Assembly: GCF_964204645.1 (NCBI RefSeq)
Contig: NC_134032.1
Location: 11,024,275-11,088,274 of the forward strand
Reading direction: 5' to 3'
Source of the DNA: Tubulanus polymorphus
Lineage: Eukaryota > Animalia > Nemertea
Length of the DNA stretch: 64,000 nucleotides
Below are positions 1-15,000 of the stretch, piece by piece. Position 1 is the stretch's first letter, and each line of letters opens with the position of its first letter. Position numbers and translations under genes: made by a program. A model generated the notes under the pieces. That model did no database searches, had not been told where the DNA came from, and saw only the letters and a program-made list of their open reading frames with translations.

Positions 1-93
1 TTTCAAAACATGATAACTTCTCAATCTTATTATAAGAAGTAAAGTTAATGGGTACGCAACGTTGACACGATTCGAATTTGTTGACCTACTTAC

Positions 94-3000
94 CGCCACT
101 TCCTGTGTTATTGTTGCTAGGCGCTGGCGTATTGACACCGATTTCGCAGTAGTACCCGGGCGCGCAATTTCCATTGACGGTCACCGAACCCGGCTGGTCG
201 CAGTATTTACCACCGTCGCATTGAGTGCATTCTGACGCGGCCTGTAACATCTCGACCGGGCCGTATGTGCCCTGCGGACACAACTGTTGATTGTGGCCCG
301 TGTTTCCTGGACAGTAACGCCCCCTGGGGCATGGTTCAGCGCGGTCACCGTTCACGCAGTAGTAACGGGCCGGACAGATATCGCAAACAGCGGCCTCGGT
401 GTGGTTCATGTATGTTCCTAGAAAGAAATTTGTTGAGGAATACTCAATTGCTAGCTTTGCCACAACACCAATAATCAGTTATTAACAAGATGTTTTAGTA
501 ACTGGCCCGTTTTATATCAAATCTGGACACTTCAATGGTTTTCCAGGGTCGCCAACCTCGCTATCAGTGCTTTTTTTCAGTAATATTTCATCGAAATGAT
601 CAAAGTAATCAGTAATCAACAGTAAAGACTGTCAGTTACATCTTCCACAAATTCTGTATGCATCAAACAAGTCAAACCAGTAATCCTCGTTATAAAAGAG
701 TAACAAACACTGAAGAACAGTTGACAGCTCTGGTTAACCTTCTGAATTCTGATAATAATGACTATAAGAATCGATTCGTTTTTGCCACAACTTACCGAGT
801 GCGCAAGGAATAGGTGCAGGTGATCCAGTCGGGCAGTAGAACCCAGCAGGGCAGACGTCGCCGGTGACGCCATCCGTCGGCTGGTTTGACTTCGAACCGT
901 TTTTACAATAAAATCCAGCCGTGCACATATCTAGAACAGAAACCATTTAATGCCATCAAAATCGGTCGATTTTCAGCCAAAGATTGCTTTGTAGATTTCG
1001 CACTATTTTGAAAAGCTTTTTTCAAATAAAACTTCTTCAAGATTGTCTTCAACTCTACTTCAAAGAGATATTCATAAAAAGATTTTTGATTACTCAGAGA
1101 AATCCAAACGTAGTGTCATCCACTTATAATTTTGCTTTTAATCTTTTAAATTTGTACATAGTGGATTCTTCATTATACAGTAAACCTCCACCTAACGCAG
1201 ACAAATTTGATTTTGTCTTTGTTCAGAGTTTGAGTTTGTCAATAGTCCGAGTTGGCGATGTCTGACATAAGGTTTACTTTATTTACTTCCCAGTTTATGA
1301 AATAGTTACGATTACCTGTTACATTCGACAGTCCGGGAATGGCGCAGTAATAGCCGCCCGTACAGTCGAGACATTCCGCTAACGCCGCGCGTTGAGTCTC
1401 CGGTTGGTATGTGCCCGCCGGACACGCCATCGGCGTCGCCGTGCCGACCGGACAATAATGACCGACCGGACAAATATCTCCGTACGACTGACCAGCGGGA
1501 CTGCGAAGAATAGCTCCTAACGTACAGAAATAACCGGCCTCGCATTTACCGGACGGTTCGATGAGCCCTGAGAAAAAAAAAACATTTAATAAATCGGTGA
1601 AAAATATAAGGGATTGAATTTTTAAAATTTTCAATCCAGGGAATATGCTGATTCGAAAGGATATTAAAAGTAAATTTCCTATTTCTAAATCTTACCATCT
1701 GTTGCGCAGTAATGTCCGGGTGTACACTGTTGGCATTCTGTCACGTTATGTAAACCTGTTTCGTTGCTGAACGTTCCTTGCGGACATTTGACGCCCAAAA
1801 ACGACCCTTGAGGGCAATAGTAACCCGGCGGGCAGATATAGCCTGTAACGCCATCGGTCGGTCGGGCACTAGCCGCCCCAGAAACGCAAACGAAACCGGC
1901 ATCGCATTCGGCTTTCGGTTGAGTTTGACCTGCAAAATATTCCGACAATATCAGAGCTGATTAATTATACCATACCTGATTTGATGACGTAATAGGGGGA
2001 TGTATGGAGGCAGTCATCTTTTCAAGACGTGTCAAATTATTAGAAGACTTGATGATGTCATAGGAGGATGTTTTTTGGAAGACTCTATACCACCATCTGT
2101 CATAGGAAGAATAGAGGCAGTCCACTTGTCCAAAAGGGTCGGAATGCTATAGACGATGTCATAGAGAGATTTTATGAAGGGCATCATCTGCTCTGGAAGG
2201 ATATGAAGACAGAAATTTTGTTTGCGTTTAGAAGTATTTTTCAAATCTCACCTGGTGTATCGCAGTAGTATCCCGGCGTACACTGGGTACATTGGCTCGA
2301 GTTATGCAAATTCGTCTGGTTACTGAACGTCTGAACGGGGCACGGGTATTGATGCTTCGACTCGGTGTTCGTCGGACAGTAATAACCGGACAGGCATTTG
2401 CTAGGGGTTATAACCCCCGTACCGACCACTCCCAGGTCTGTGGCCGCTTCTACTGGATCACAATAGCTACAAAGAAATTAGTTTTTCTATAAGTTTGATA
2501 GTTTACTGTATCAGTATGCCTGAATATGATGGCTTTAAGAATATAGCCGAAATTTTGCTTTAATAAATCCTTTTACCAGAACTTTTCCTCTTTTTCTAGA
2601 CTTATGGGATTTCTTACTTATTCATCTTACATGGAAATTCTATTTTTTCAAGAAAGAATGAAAAATGTCGGGACATACATACCTTCCCGAGGGACAGGGT
2701 TTGCAGAGGCTCTGATGAGTGTCGTCTTGGAATTCTCCTGCCACACACGGCTGAGGTTGGGCCGATCCCACCGGGCAGAAATGACCGATGGTACAGTTGT
2801 ATTCGCCCGGAGTAGGCGTGTCCTGACCGCCCGGACAATAGTAACCACTGTTGCACGAAGCGGTGACGTTCGTGTTACCAGTTCCGCTGCAATAAAATCC
2901 TGTCGGAAATAATGCGAAAAAGTAAGAAAACTTTGGTTGAATTCGTGGTAAACGAATCAAAAATCAGAATAAGCTGATCAAGAGCTAGATACTTAGTTTT

Positions 3001-6000
3001 GACTGGTTCTTAGTTGTTAGATTGGATATAATACCAAAATGAGCTTAGGCTGGTCTTAAATTGTAAGGTTGGCGAACTTAATCTTAGTCTTAAGTTGTTA
3101 GATTGGATATATAAAACAAAATGAGCTTAGTCTGGTCTTAAGTTGTTAGATTAGCTATAGAACCAAAATGGGCTTAGACTGGCCTTGAGTTTTCACTTTA
3201 TAATCAAATCTAGCATGAGCCTTAAGTTGTTGGATTTGAGCTGAAACTGTTCTTAAATCTGAGACTGGGCCATTGGATCAGAAACATGTTTACTTCTTTA
3301 CACCAACCCAAATATTTCACTTACCTATCTTCAATTACCGATAAATACTTGTATACACTAACCTGGTAAGCAGTTGAGGCAGTCGCTCTGTTTAGTATTT
3401 CCGGCTGTATCTGATGCCGTTCCCGCCGGACAAGGCGTCGGAGTCATCGATCCCTGCGGGCAGTAATGTCCCGCCGGACACCGACCCGACGGGGGATCGG
3501 CACGGGACGCGTTCCCGTCGCAATAGTATCCCGCGTCGCACGGGCCGTTCGGCTCGGCGCGCGCGTAACCTTGACAATAACGGCCGCCGTCGCAGCCGAT
3601 CGGATAGGCGATACCGCTCGGGCAGTAGTACCCGGGCCAGCATCGACCGCCCGTGTAGTTGGCCGCGGGGCACGTACATTCCGACAGCATCGTGGCATTA
3701 CCCTCCGCGACCGGCTGCTGCATATACGAACCACCGGTACAGTAGTAACCAGCGCTACAATTGCCGCTCGGCGCCGATATACCACCCACTAAAAAATACA
3801 TCAAATAAACAAAACTGATCAATCAGATCGAACTAAACTTGATACATTTTTTTCATTTCCAAACGCTGTAATGATGACTCTACAACATTCCACTTGTGGT
3901 AAGTGAGGATCCATTTGGTGTCGCTACTGTGCGTTCAGACAACGATGCCGGGTTGCTACTCAGATTTAAGATTTGATTAAAACCTATCCACAATTTCTCA
4001 AATTCTATGAACAATGCTTTATGAACCCTAAAATACGGTCCGAGTTTGTCAAAAACATGATTTGCCGCATTTATGAATTGCGAGGTTTAAAATCTATAGG
4101 AAAGTTAATCGAAAATGGACTGATAGTTCGACTGAGTTTTTCTACTGAATAGGATAGCTGGTGTCTTCTCATTAAATTCTTTCAGAGCATATTGCCTACA
4201 TTTTCAAGCTTCCATTCAACCAAAGTTCATACACAATTTCATACGTTTTTCAGTGCGATTAATACAAACAAATTCTTATAAAGATATATAAGATTTTCTC
4301 AGCTAACATGCAATTTCTGTTGTACATGGATGTTTGAATATGATGTTCTACTAATAATCTGAAATAATTATTATGAAGATGTTTGCTGCAGCATTTGTTG
4401 TTCATCGAAGTTCAGATTTTAAAGGCCCTATAAAATTTCAAACTTACATTCGCAGTATTGTCCCGGCGGGCACGGTAAACACGCGTCCGAGTTCTGACTT
4501 CCGTTCGACGGGTTATAGCTACCCTTCGGACATGGGAATCCGTACGGCAACTTCGTACCTTCCGGGCAATAATAGCCCGACGGACAAATCTGACTGGTGA
4601 ACTCCGTGCTATTCTCCATACAGTAGTAACCGGCTGGACAAGCCGTGCAATTCCACTGTCCAAAATTATCGCTGAAATTCAAAGATAGACCTAGATTATT
4701 ATGAGTCATCGATATGTGGACATTATCTGAAATTATTCATTTTTTTAAATGATTGTAGCTCAAGAAAATAAAGTACAAGATAAGGGGCCTAATTCTGAAA
4801 AATGTTGGATATTGTTTAACGTTGAACGTTTTCCAATATACTAATGATCTGATGCATTTACCTAAAGGAACCAGCAGTACAGGGTAGGGGTTCAACGGTA
4901 CCCTCCGGACAGTAATGACCCAACGGACAGATTCCACCATCACCGGTATGTCCACCACTCGGAGTAAACATATTCACTCCTACAAAAGAATAAAAGAAAT
5001 ACAAATTTCAAGCAGGGATGGGTTAGTTGCTGAAAGGTTGGTTAAAGATAACCGGTGAATAGAAACCGTAGTAACAATGAACTTGACGCAACGTCAACTT
5101 TCCACTGGTTAACTCCAAACAATTTTTTTTTACCAACGAGCCCTGCGTTGATAAACATAGCTAGTAAAGAGCAGACAAACATAATCAAACATTTCCTTTA
5201 ACCTAATCAAACATTTCCTTTAGGCTAACGTTCAACTAAAATTTTCATGGGTTCTACATCCAAAGCTCATAGTAATTGACTCTGGCTTACTATTCGAGAA
5301 TCAACTAGCTTTAACTTTTGATGGATTAAATCTTAACTCACACTTGGTTTGGGTCTGACTTTTGGAGAAGGAATAATTGAAAGTTAACTCATCTTCACTT
5401 CAGAATGCAACTTGACAAAGTTGAATGAATGTAATCTGATTTACATGATGATGAGTTCTATAATTATTGCAAACTATCTAATTACCTGTTCTACAGTAGT
5501 ATCCCGGACTGCAGTTTCCTTTCACGTTGCTCCTACCCGGAATATTGCAGTACTTTCCTCCATCACACTGCGAACACTGACTCTGTTCGTACAGCCCTAA
5601 CCGCGGGTTATACGTACCCGCCGGGCAGAGCTGCAAATCGGCTCCCGTTTTCGCCGGACAAAAGTGTCCCGTCGGGCAAATTTCGGCGCGATCTCTGAAC
5701 GTACAATAGTGCCCGGCGGGGCAGTCGTAACAAGCCCCGGCGCCCGTGTGATTTACGTAAGTACCGTTCGGGCAGAAGTAATGCTGACCGGATCCGACAG
5801 GGCAGTAAGATCCGGCCGGGCAGATATCGCCGGTCGTACCGTCCCGCGGCGAAGGACTTACAGTGCCGCCTAGGCAGTAGAACCCGATGTCGCAATCGCC
5901 CGTAACCGCCGCTTCGCCGGATTTATTACAGTACTTGCCAGGGGTGCATTCGATACAGGCGGTTATGTTCGTCATGCGGACGTTCGGTTGGTATGTACCC

Positions 6001-9000
6001 GCGAGACAAGCGGACGGAGTAGCGCTGTGTTTTGGGCAGTAGTGACCGACCGGACATTCGTCGCCGTACGTCTGCTGATACGGATTTGCTTCTCGCGACG
6101 CGTTCGCGCAGTAGAACCCGGCCAGACACGAGCCGTTAGGGGCCGTTAAACCCGACTGGGCGCAGTACTCGCCGGGCGGACATGCCGAGCAATCTCCAAA
6201 TGACGGTAGTTTGGCGCGGTCGCCGTACGTACCCGCCGGGCACGGCGTCGCCGATGACCAACCGGCTCCGCAGTATGTACCCTGCGGGCACGGGCCGCCC
6301 TCTGCGGATAATGACGGCTGCGGGGTCGTCGATCCTAACGCGCAGTAATAACCGGCCGTACACGGACCGGCCGGTTCGGTCAGATTCGCAGAGTCGCAAT
6401 AGTGACCAGGCGGACACTGTCGACATTCGGATAGATCCTCGAGTCCGGTTTGGTTGCTGTAAGTTCCGGCGGGGCAGGCGTTACTCCTCGCTCCAGTCGT
6501 ACCATTCGGGCAGTAAAAACCGGCTGGACAAATCTTCGGTGTGACGACGCCGTGCGAGGGAGCGGACGGACCGCTTTGTAATTCGGAAATCGCTTCGTTA
6601 CGATCGCAATAATACCCGCCCGGGCATTCTAAGCAGACGCCTTTTCCGGGCAGAGGTTGATACGCGCCCGACTCACACGCGGATTGCTGCGGGCACCGGT
6701 GACCTGCGAGGCACCGGTTCCCGGACGGCTGCGGCGCGATCATTCCTTCCGGGCAAAACCAGCCGACGTCGCAATCGTCGTTCGGTAACGCGCGCCCGAC
6801 GCCCGAGCAGTATTTACCGGCGGTGCACAGCAAACAGCTCGTTTCGTTCCAGTTTTCGAAGCGGTCGGAGAATCGACCCTCGGCACACGGCACCGGCGCG
6901 CTGCTCTTACGCGGGCAATAATGACCTTTTGGGCAAATATCGCCGGTGACGTCGTCGACCGGGTTCGGTAGTATCGTGCTTCCGTTGCAGTAATACCCGG
7001 CCGAACAGTCTCCACTAACTGCTGCTAGTTCGTCGACGCGGCAGTACGATCCCGGATCGCACGGGATCGGCGCCGACGCCCCGGGCGGGCAGTAACTTCC
7101 CGCTTTACATATCCCGCCCATCGTTTTCGCCGGGCAGACGCAATTCGACGCGCTTTCGTTTCCGGAAATCGTCGGTTTAGCCGACCACGATCCGAGCGCG
7201 CAGTACCAACCGGGCGCGCATAACCCGGCCGGGAGATCCATGCCTTCGTCCGGGCAATACGAGCCCGGGGTACAAAGCACGCATGACGACGGAGCAGACG
7301 AGCCGGTGGCGTTGTTGAACGTGCCGTTCGGACACGGATACTGCGTCGAAAACTCGGTCTTCAATAAACAATAATGACCTGAAAATTACAATAGCACTTA
7401 ACGTAAAAAGATGTAAAATCTAAAGCAAAGGATGGAAGAGGAACGGGTTATAAATAAAGAATAGCTCCATAACATTTATGGAAACATTGAAAATGGTGGC
7501 GATTACTATATAAACATCATTGTATAATAAGTGGAATTTTTGATAGTATCATAATAAGCGTCTCTGTAAAGGCCATTCAGGTATCATTGGGTTTGACATT
7601 TTTTCCCCTCAACCTGTTAAGCATAGTGGATTCAATCAAAGTTTCTCTATCCCAATTGACTGAGCACTACTCGGAGAGAACCATCGACCAACAAAATTTT
7701 TCTGCTGCCAACTGTATTCGATCTGGTGAATTCCACGGATTTGACGGGACCAGTGAGGAGCTTTAGTATGTGCTGCCCCCATTTCATGGAATGGAATACC
7801 CTTATATTCAAACAGACTATTGATGATATTGATGATCCTGATATATAGAATGTATGTTAATAATAATTTACAGGCAGTACTGTTCCGTAAGACGAGTGCT
7901 CAGGACACATGACCTGATCAATCAAAGTCCTGTGTGCTGTTCATATGGTCAGTACTGATAATAATGATAATATGTCTAGCCTTCTGGCTATTGTTTTAAC
8001 TCTCCTGATGGCATGGTCCTCATGGGTATAAAAACCCAGAGACACACGTCGCTCTCTCTCTTTTCTCTGATTCGTGGTTACTATACTCAGCTCTCGCTTA
8101 GAGTACTACAATAAAATCACATTTTCTAACCATTAATCGTAGTCTTTACTTCTGAGCTAGGACTCTATATCAACTGGTTGAGAACCCGGGCACTAGGACT
8201 CTATATCAAACCTTTGCATTCAATGTTTTAAATAACATCGTGATCTATTATTGTAAACCGCTTCGAAAAATAAAAATGATTATTATTATTCTATTATTGG
8301 AAGAATTACGAAAATAGCTTACCTTTCGGACATTCAGTTGTATTCTCACTTCCCAGCGTACAATAAAATCCAGCCGGACAATCGATACAGCTGTCGCGTT
8401 GCATAGCGGGCTGATACGTGCCCGCCGGGCATTGATTCGCGAGACTCGAACCGGCCGGGCAGTACGACCCTCGGGGGCACGGGCCGCCCGCACTACTCGC
8501 CACGACCGGGCGCGACGTCGTCGCTCCGAAGCTGCAGTAAAAACCGGCGTCGCAAAATCCGACCGGGAACGACAAGCCGGGACGATCGCAGTAATATCCT
8601 TCTAAACACGTCTGACATTCGGAATCGGCGACGAGATTCGTTCCGTTGTTGAATGTTCCCGGCGGACACGATACCGGATCGGTCGTCTGTCGAGGACAGT
8701 AGAATCCGCTCGGGCAGAGGTCGGCGTTGCCGGTCGACGAGCCGGCCGACGGACGCGGTGAATTCGACCCGCTACGACAGAAATATCCGGCGTCGCACGG
8801 AGCGGTCGGCGTCGTTAAGTTCGCCGCGTCGCAATAGAAACCGCCCGTACACTGTGTGCATTGAGTTACGTTCGATAATCCGGGGCTGGCGCTAAACGTG
8901 CCCGCCGGGCACGGCTCCCATACATGCCCGGTACCCTCCGGACAGTAGAATCCGACCGGGCAGGGCTGCGGGTTCGATCCTGTAACGCAGTAATGCCCAG

Positions 9001-12000
9001 CCGTACACGCCGTACACTGATCGTTTAATTCAGTATCGGTAAACGTACCCGGAGGACACAGAATCGGCTGGGCAGTACCCGCCGGGCAGTAGTGACCGAC
9101 CGGACACTTGTTACCGGTGGCGCCGTCTGTCGGCGTCGCAGTTGAAGCCTTCGACGAGCAGTAATAACGAGCTGAGCAATTCGCCGTCGGTTGAACGTTG
9201 CCGAAACCCTGACAGTACATACCACCGGAACACGCACTACACTGAGTAGACAATTCCAAACCTAGAAAACGCAGTGACAAATTTATAATTTCACTTGTAA
9301 GAAACGGTTTTTATTTCTCTGATTCAGGTCATAATTAGTTACTAAACTTGACTTTACTAAATTACTCAAGTCTTAAAGATTGGGGTTGCTATTCGTACAG
9401 AGTCTTTGAGAAAGAAATGGTTTTTACAAGTAATCAATCATAACGAATCGTCAAAATGAATTCTTCAAGAATGAGGTCATCATTAATCACTGATCAGAAT
9501 TTTAATGAATTGCTTAAGTCTTCAAGATTGTGGTTGTTATAAGCACGGATTCATTGATATCTTTGAGAAAGAAAAGTAAGTAATTCATCATAATTTCACT
9601 GAATCATTGAAGTCATCGAAAATGAGGTCGAAAATGAGGTCGTCATTAATTCACTAATCATAATTCTATGGTAACATTGAAGTCTTTGCGAATGAGATAG
9701 TCACTAGCAATCAATCATGATTTTACTGAATTCATCGGCTCACCTTCTACGGAGTTGAATGTACCCGGTGGACAGGGTTCACTGTGACTGGAGCCCGACG
9801 GGCAGAACGCTCCGGCCGGGCAGATATTTCCGGTTACGTTATCGACGGGGTTCGCCACCGACGCGCCGAGCGTACAGTAATATCCGCCATTGCACGATCC
9901 AGATGGCGCCGATAGTCCTTCCTGGCTACAGAACATTCCACCCGGACACTTCGTACAATCGACTGAAGTGTGTAGACCAGTCAGATTACTGTAAACAAAA
10001 ATATTCATTCAGTTCCATCAAAATGATATCCAAAGAAAAAATCTCGAAAAGTTTTTCGATCATTTTGCTAATTGAACGAGCCATAGGCGAAAACAGTTCT
10101 TGGACTCAGGCTCGAACTCCTAAGTTACCATGCATCAGTTCCCATTCCATTTTCGGTATGCTGTTTCTAGAGCCATTAGCTAGATTTTGCCTAGGTCTGC
10201 CACTAGTTGGTGCACTGGGCTGCACAATTAGACCCCATACTAACAGGCTAGATTTTCGTAATATTATTGTACCCAAGATTCTCACAGTCTCGCAGAAGCC
10301 AAGAATAGATATCCATTTCCAAAAAGCTAAGCAACTGTGAGTTATATTTCCATTTGTTTACCCGCGTTGAGCGTCTTACAACGATGGAATTGAGCTCAGG
10401 CCCTCTGATAAATCAACTTTATGAACTTTATGTACGAATTTTGATTTCTCCTGATAGACGCATTATTACCTGTATGTTCCAACAGGACAGCCGAATTCGG
10501 TGTCGTACTTCGTACCCGCAGGACAGTAGTAACCGGTCGGACAGATTTGTGGATTTTGAACGCCATGCGAGCACTGCGTATCATTTTGAATCGTGCCATC
10601 GCAGTAATATCCCTGTGGACACTGTTTGCAGGTGTGCTGAAAAAAATAATTTATTCAAAATTAGAGTATTTTCAAATGAACAATGTTTCCAGTAGTCTTG
10701 TATCTTACTTGAGTAAATTCATCTTGATACGTTCCTGAATTGCAACCGATCTCCGCCGGGCTGCCCTCCGGACAATAATGCCCCGGGGTACACTGGTAGG
10801 CTGCCGGACTGCTAACATTCTGACCTTCCGGGCAGTAGTAACCCTGAGAACAGGGCCCGGTCACAGAGTCCAGACCGGAACTACCGCAGAAATAGCCTAC
10901 AAAACATAGATAACACTGGCATTAAAAATTTATCAAACCCATAACTTACCGGACCCATACTAAAGGTAAATGAAAAGTTGAACTTAAATATTTTTCGAAA
11001 GATTATAGTAAGTACATTTCAAAACTCAAAGTGAACTTAAATCATGAACTTAATTCATTAAAAATCATTTTAGCTTCATTTTAGTAGAAAATTCTTTGAA
11101 GATAATAACTCACCAGCTGTACAAGGTTTACAGTCTGCCACATCAGTATTTCCGGTGCTATTACTGAAGAATCCGGGTGGACATTTAAACGGAACGCCGG
11201 TTCCGAGCGGACAATATAAACCTTTCGGGCAGACGTCACCGGTTCCGTCGATACCTTGTGGGTCAGCTCGCGTCGCTGCGAGCGTACAGTAATAACCCGC
11301 AGCGCAGGGTCCGGTTACAGCTCCCAGACTCCAGGCTGAACAGTACGAGCCTACAAAATAAATACATGTTTGATGAAAAGAATCTAGCTGCAATTGAAAT
11401 TTCTTTGTACATTTCCAATGTACTCGAATTCTAAAACTTGCACACAACCTTGTGCACTTTCCTTTTTAGAGCTTTGAATTCTCTACAGGGGAACACAAGT
11501 TCACACTTTTTACTTATTCTAAAAGCAAGCAGTTCTATTAGACTAAGTCCTCCTTGCCCAACCACTACACTTTTCGAATTCATCATGCTAAGAACAAAAG
11601 GCCCACTATCAAAATTTGTAAAAATTTTTCTCAAGAATTTGGTACAATAGGCTTTGGCAACTAAGTTAATTTTAAAGGTTTATTCTTCATTAACCCTGGG
11701 TCCAGTTTCATCAAAAAAGTTTAAGCTAAAAACAAATTCGTGTTGGAAACATGAACTAACCACTAGTAATTACACCAAACCTATTCAACCGTTTCGTGAA
11801 ACCAGGTCCAGCTGAGGATTCTGATAAGGATTCGTACATACCTGCAGTACAGAGTTGTGGCTCAGCGGATCCTACGGGACAGAACTGACCCGGTTGACAC
11901 CTGCCTCCAGTCGCATTGACCGAACACATACATTTCGCCGGGTAACAATTTCCACCCGTCAAATTCACCGAGCAGACGCACTGAGTAACATTTGCGTCGC

Positions 12001-15000
12001 CGCTTATCGACGAATCGCCGAAATCGACCGGCGAATCGGTCACAGCTCCGCGAACGCAGTACGAGCCAGCCGCACACGGCCCGGTCGGCGCCGATAAACC
12101 AGTCGTCGCGCAGAATTTACCCGCATCGCATCGCACGCAATCGCTTTTACTCGCACGACCCGTGGCTGCGTTGTACGTTCCTTTATCGCACGGGAACTCG
12201 TACGAGAAACGGGTCGCCGGCGGACAGTAATGTCCGGACGGACACGGGTTCGACGAGTAATCCGTGGAATTCTCCGGGCAGAAATAACCGGCCTGACAAG
12301 CCGCGCATTCCGATTGGCCGGTCAACGGATTATACGTGCCCGCCGGGCAGCCTAGTGGATACGACGTTCCGTTAGGGCAATAGTGCCCGATCGGGCAAGG
12401 ACCGCCGGTCGAATCTAGCGTCGGATTATTCGGTGAAATCGCGCCGCGCAAACAGTAAAACCCGGCCCAACAATCCGCGCTCGGACTTTCTAATCCGGTC
12501 GACCCGCAATACTGACCGTACGCGCAAGGCGTACATTCACTCGACGCTGTTAGTTTCGTTTTTTTCGAGTACGACCCAACCGGGCAAGGCTGCGGCGTCG
12601 TAGTTTGTCGCGGGCAATAATGACCGACCGGACACGGCCCGGCCATTCCTTTATTATTGGTATCCGGAGTCGGAGTATCGGAGCCTTCCGTACAGTAATA
12701 TCCGGCGTCGCATTCCGCGGTGACCGACGTCGCGTTCGTCTGGCTACAGTAAAACCCTCCGCTGCATTGAGTACACTGAGACGCGTTCGCGAGACCGACG
12801 TTCACGCTGAACGTGCCCGTCGGGCACGACTGCCAAACGTGCCCCGTACCCGGCGGGCAGTAGTACCCTGGCGGGCAATCGTCCGGTGTTAGTCCTGTAA
12901 TACAGTAATGTCCGGCTATACATTCCCAGCATGCGTCTGCCGCCGTATCGGTCATGTAGGTTCCGTCCGCGCACGGTATCGGTACAGCGGTATTCTCCGG
13001 GCAGTAATGGCCGACCGTGCACGGCGCCCCGGTCGTACCGCCGTCGTTCGGCGTCGCGCTCACCGCTCCTTGTTTGCAATAATACCGCGGTGAGCACGCG
13101 CCGGCTGGCTCCACGAGACCCGTCTGGTTACAGAAGAATCCTCCGGAACACGGCGGACACTGGCCGCTCTTCGACAGACCGGTGTTGTTCGAAGACGTGC
13201 CGATCGGGCATGGGACAGGGTTAGGCGTACCGGCTGGACAGTAGTTGCCTTCCGGACAGGATTGACCGGTTGTTCCATCGTCGGGTGTTTGAGTACTGGA
13301 ACCAGCGATGCACCAATAACCCGCTGAACAGGCGCCTGAAAATTCAACAAATAATTGCATGACTGCGTCAACAAATTTGGATCATTCATCATAATTAGGG
13401 ATGAATGACACAGTTCTACGGTTTATGGTTCACTTGCAGGGGCAGATCCAGGGGGACTTGTGAGACTTGAACAAGTCCATCAAATCTGTTTTGAGTTCCC
13501 TCTTTCATTTTGTTGACAAATATAAAGGCAGCATTTCAGTTCAGGAGCACAACTAATATAGCCTTTGTGGACATCAAAGTGCCATTTTGGGATTGGACAA
13601 GTCCTTCAAAATTGGCCTCTGGATCAGGCCCTGCCTTGAGTCAGTTTTGATTCTCGACTGCAGAACTGGATCCTGCATTTTAAGGATATCAAATAACTTT
13701 CATAAAATCTTTTTTTTCAAACTCACCAGTTACAGTGCTGCTACCAGTTGATCCACAATATTTCCCCGCATCACACGGCTGACATTGACTTTGTTCCTTA
13801 AATCCGGTATTCGGGTTATACGTGCCCAGCGGACACGGGTATTCGTTGCTCACCTTGGTGCCGTTCGGGCAATAGTGTCCGACCGGGCACGGGTACGGCG
13901 TATAATCGGACATAGGCGCATTCGCGACATCGCAGTAAAAACCTTCAAATATGAAAATAACCGATGATTTTGATTGGTTGTTGTATTTTAAAGACTCCAA
14001 TTGGTTAAATTTGAACTAACCTGCAGCGCAATCTTTGCAAATGCCTTGAGCAGTTTCATCTTGATAAGTTCCAGCTGGACACGTGGTCTCCTGGTAACTG
14101 CCCACCGGACAGTAGTAGCCCTTTCTACAAGCGTTTGGTGAACTGGTGGATGAGCCAGTCGGACAGTAATAACCTAAATTGACAATTGAAGACATGTGCC
14201 AACTTGTCAATAACAGCATCAGGGACACAATAAGGTGAAGGGGGACAGTAGAAAATTGTTTCGGGGACAACTATCATTTTTTCATTTGCATCGAAAGAAA
14301 CACCCTCACGGACAGTGAGGCATTTTCAGGTACAGTTCCTGATAATCAGGGACAGTTGGCAGCTCAGAATTGATCGAGCAACTGAAAAACATTTGCCAAT
14401 TATGAAAAAGAAAATCATGATTCAAATTAGACACCACAGTGCTATAGCGGAGTCTGGACATAAGTAAAGACTATAAGGTGAAACTCATTTTGGTCTCATT
14501 ACCAATCTAACAAATCTGAAGTGCTGGAGATAATAAGAATATTTTTGAAAAAATTAAACCCAAGCACGATGTATTATGCTAAAATGCGTGTACATTGAGG
14601 TGTGGCATTACATCAATTACTAATATCTCACAATTTTTGAAGGTGCTGCCATATTCAATGGAGATAGATTCATTGGTTGAAGTATTTGATTTGAATGACT
14701 AGAATGAGTACTACTTACCCTCGTAACATTGAGCTTTCGGTTCAGTGAGCCCGGTCTCATCGCAGTAATATCCTTGAGTACACTGCGTACACTGAGACTG
14801 CAATGAGAGACCGGTCTGATTAGAGAACGTACCGAGGGGGCATCGAGCCTGGTTCGTCGTCGTACCAACACCTAGAAATAAATATCGCAAAAACATAGTG
14901 GCAAAAAAGCTTTTGCAAATCATGTGATATGTACATCATCAATAAACTCGAGTTAGAATAAGTTCATCTTAAGATATTCAGAGTTTTCACCCTAAATTCT

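Noticed and set aside
9360-9680. Degenerate ~150-bp local tandem duplication in an intron
   Set aside because: It is decayed, with no TIR, TSD or coding potential; ordinary intronic turnover.
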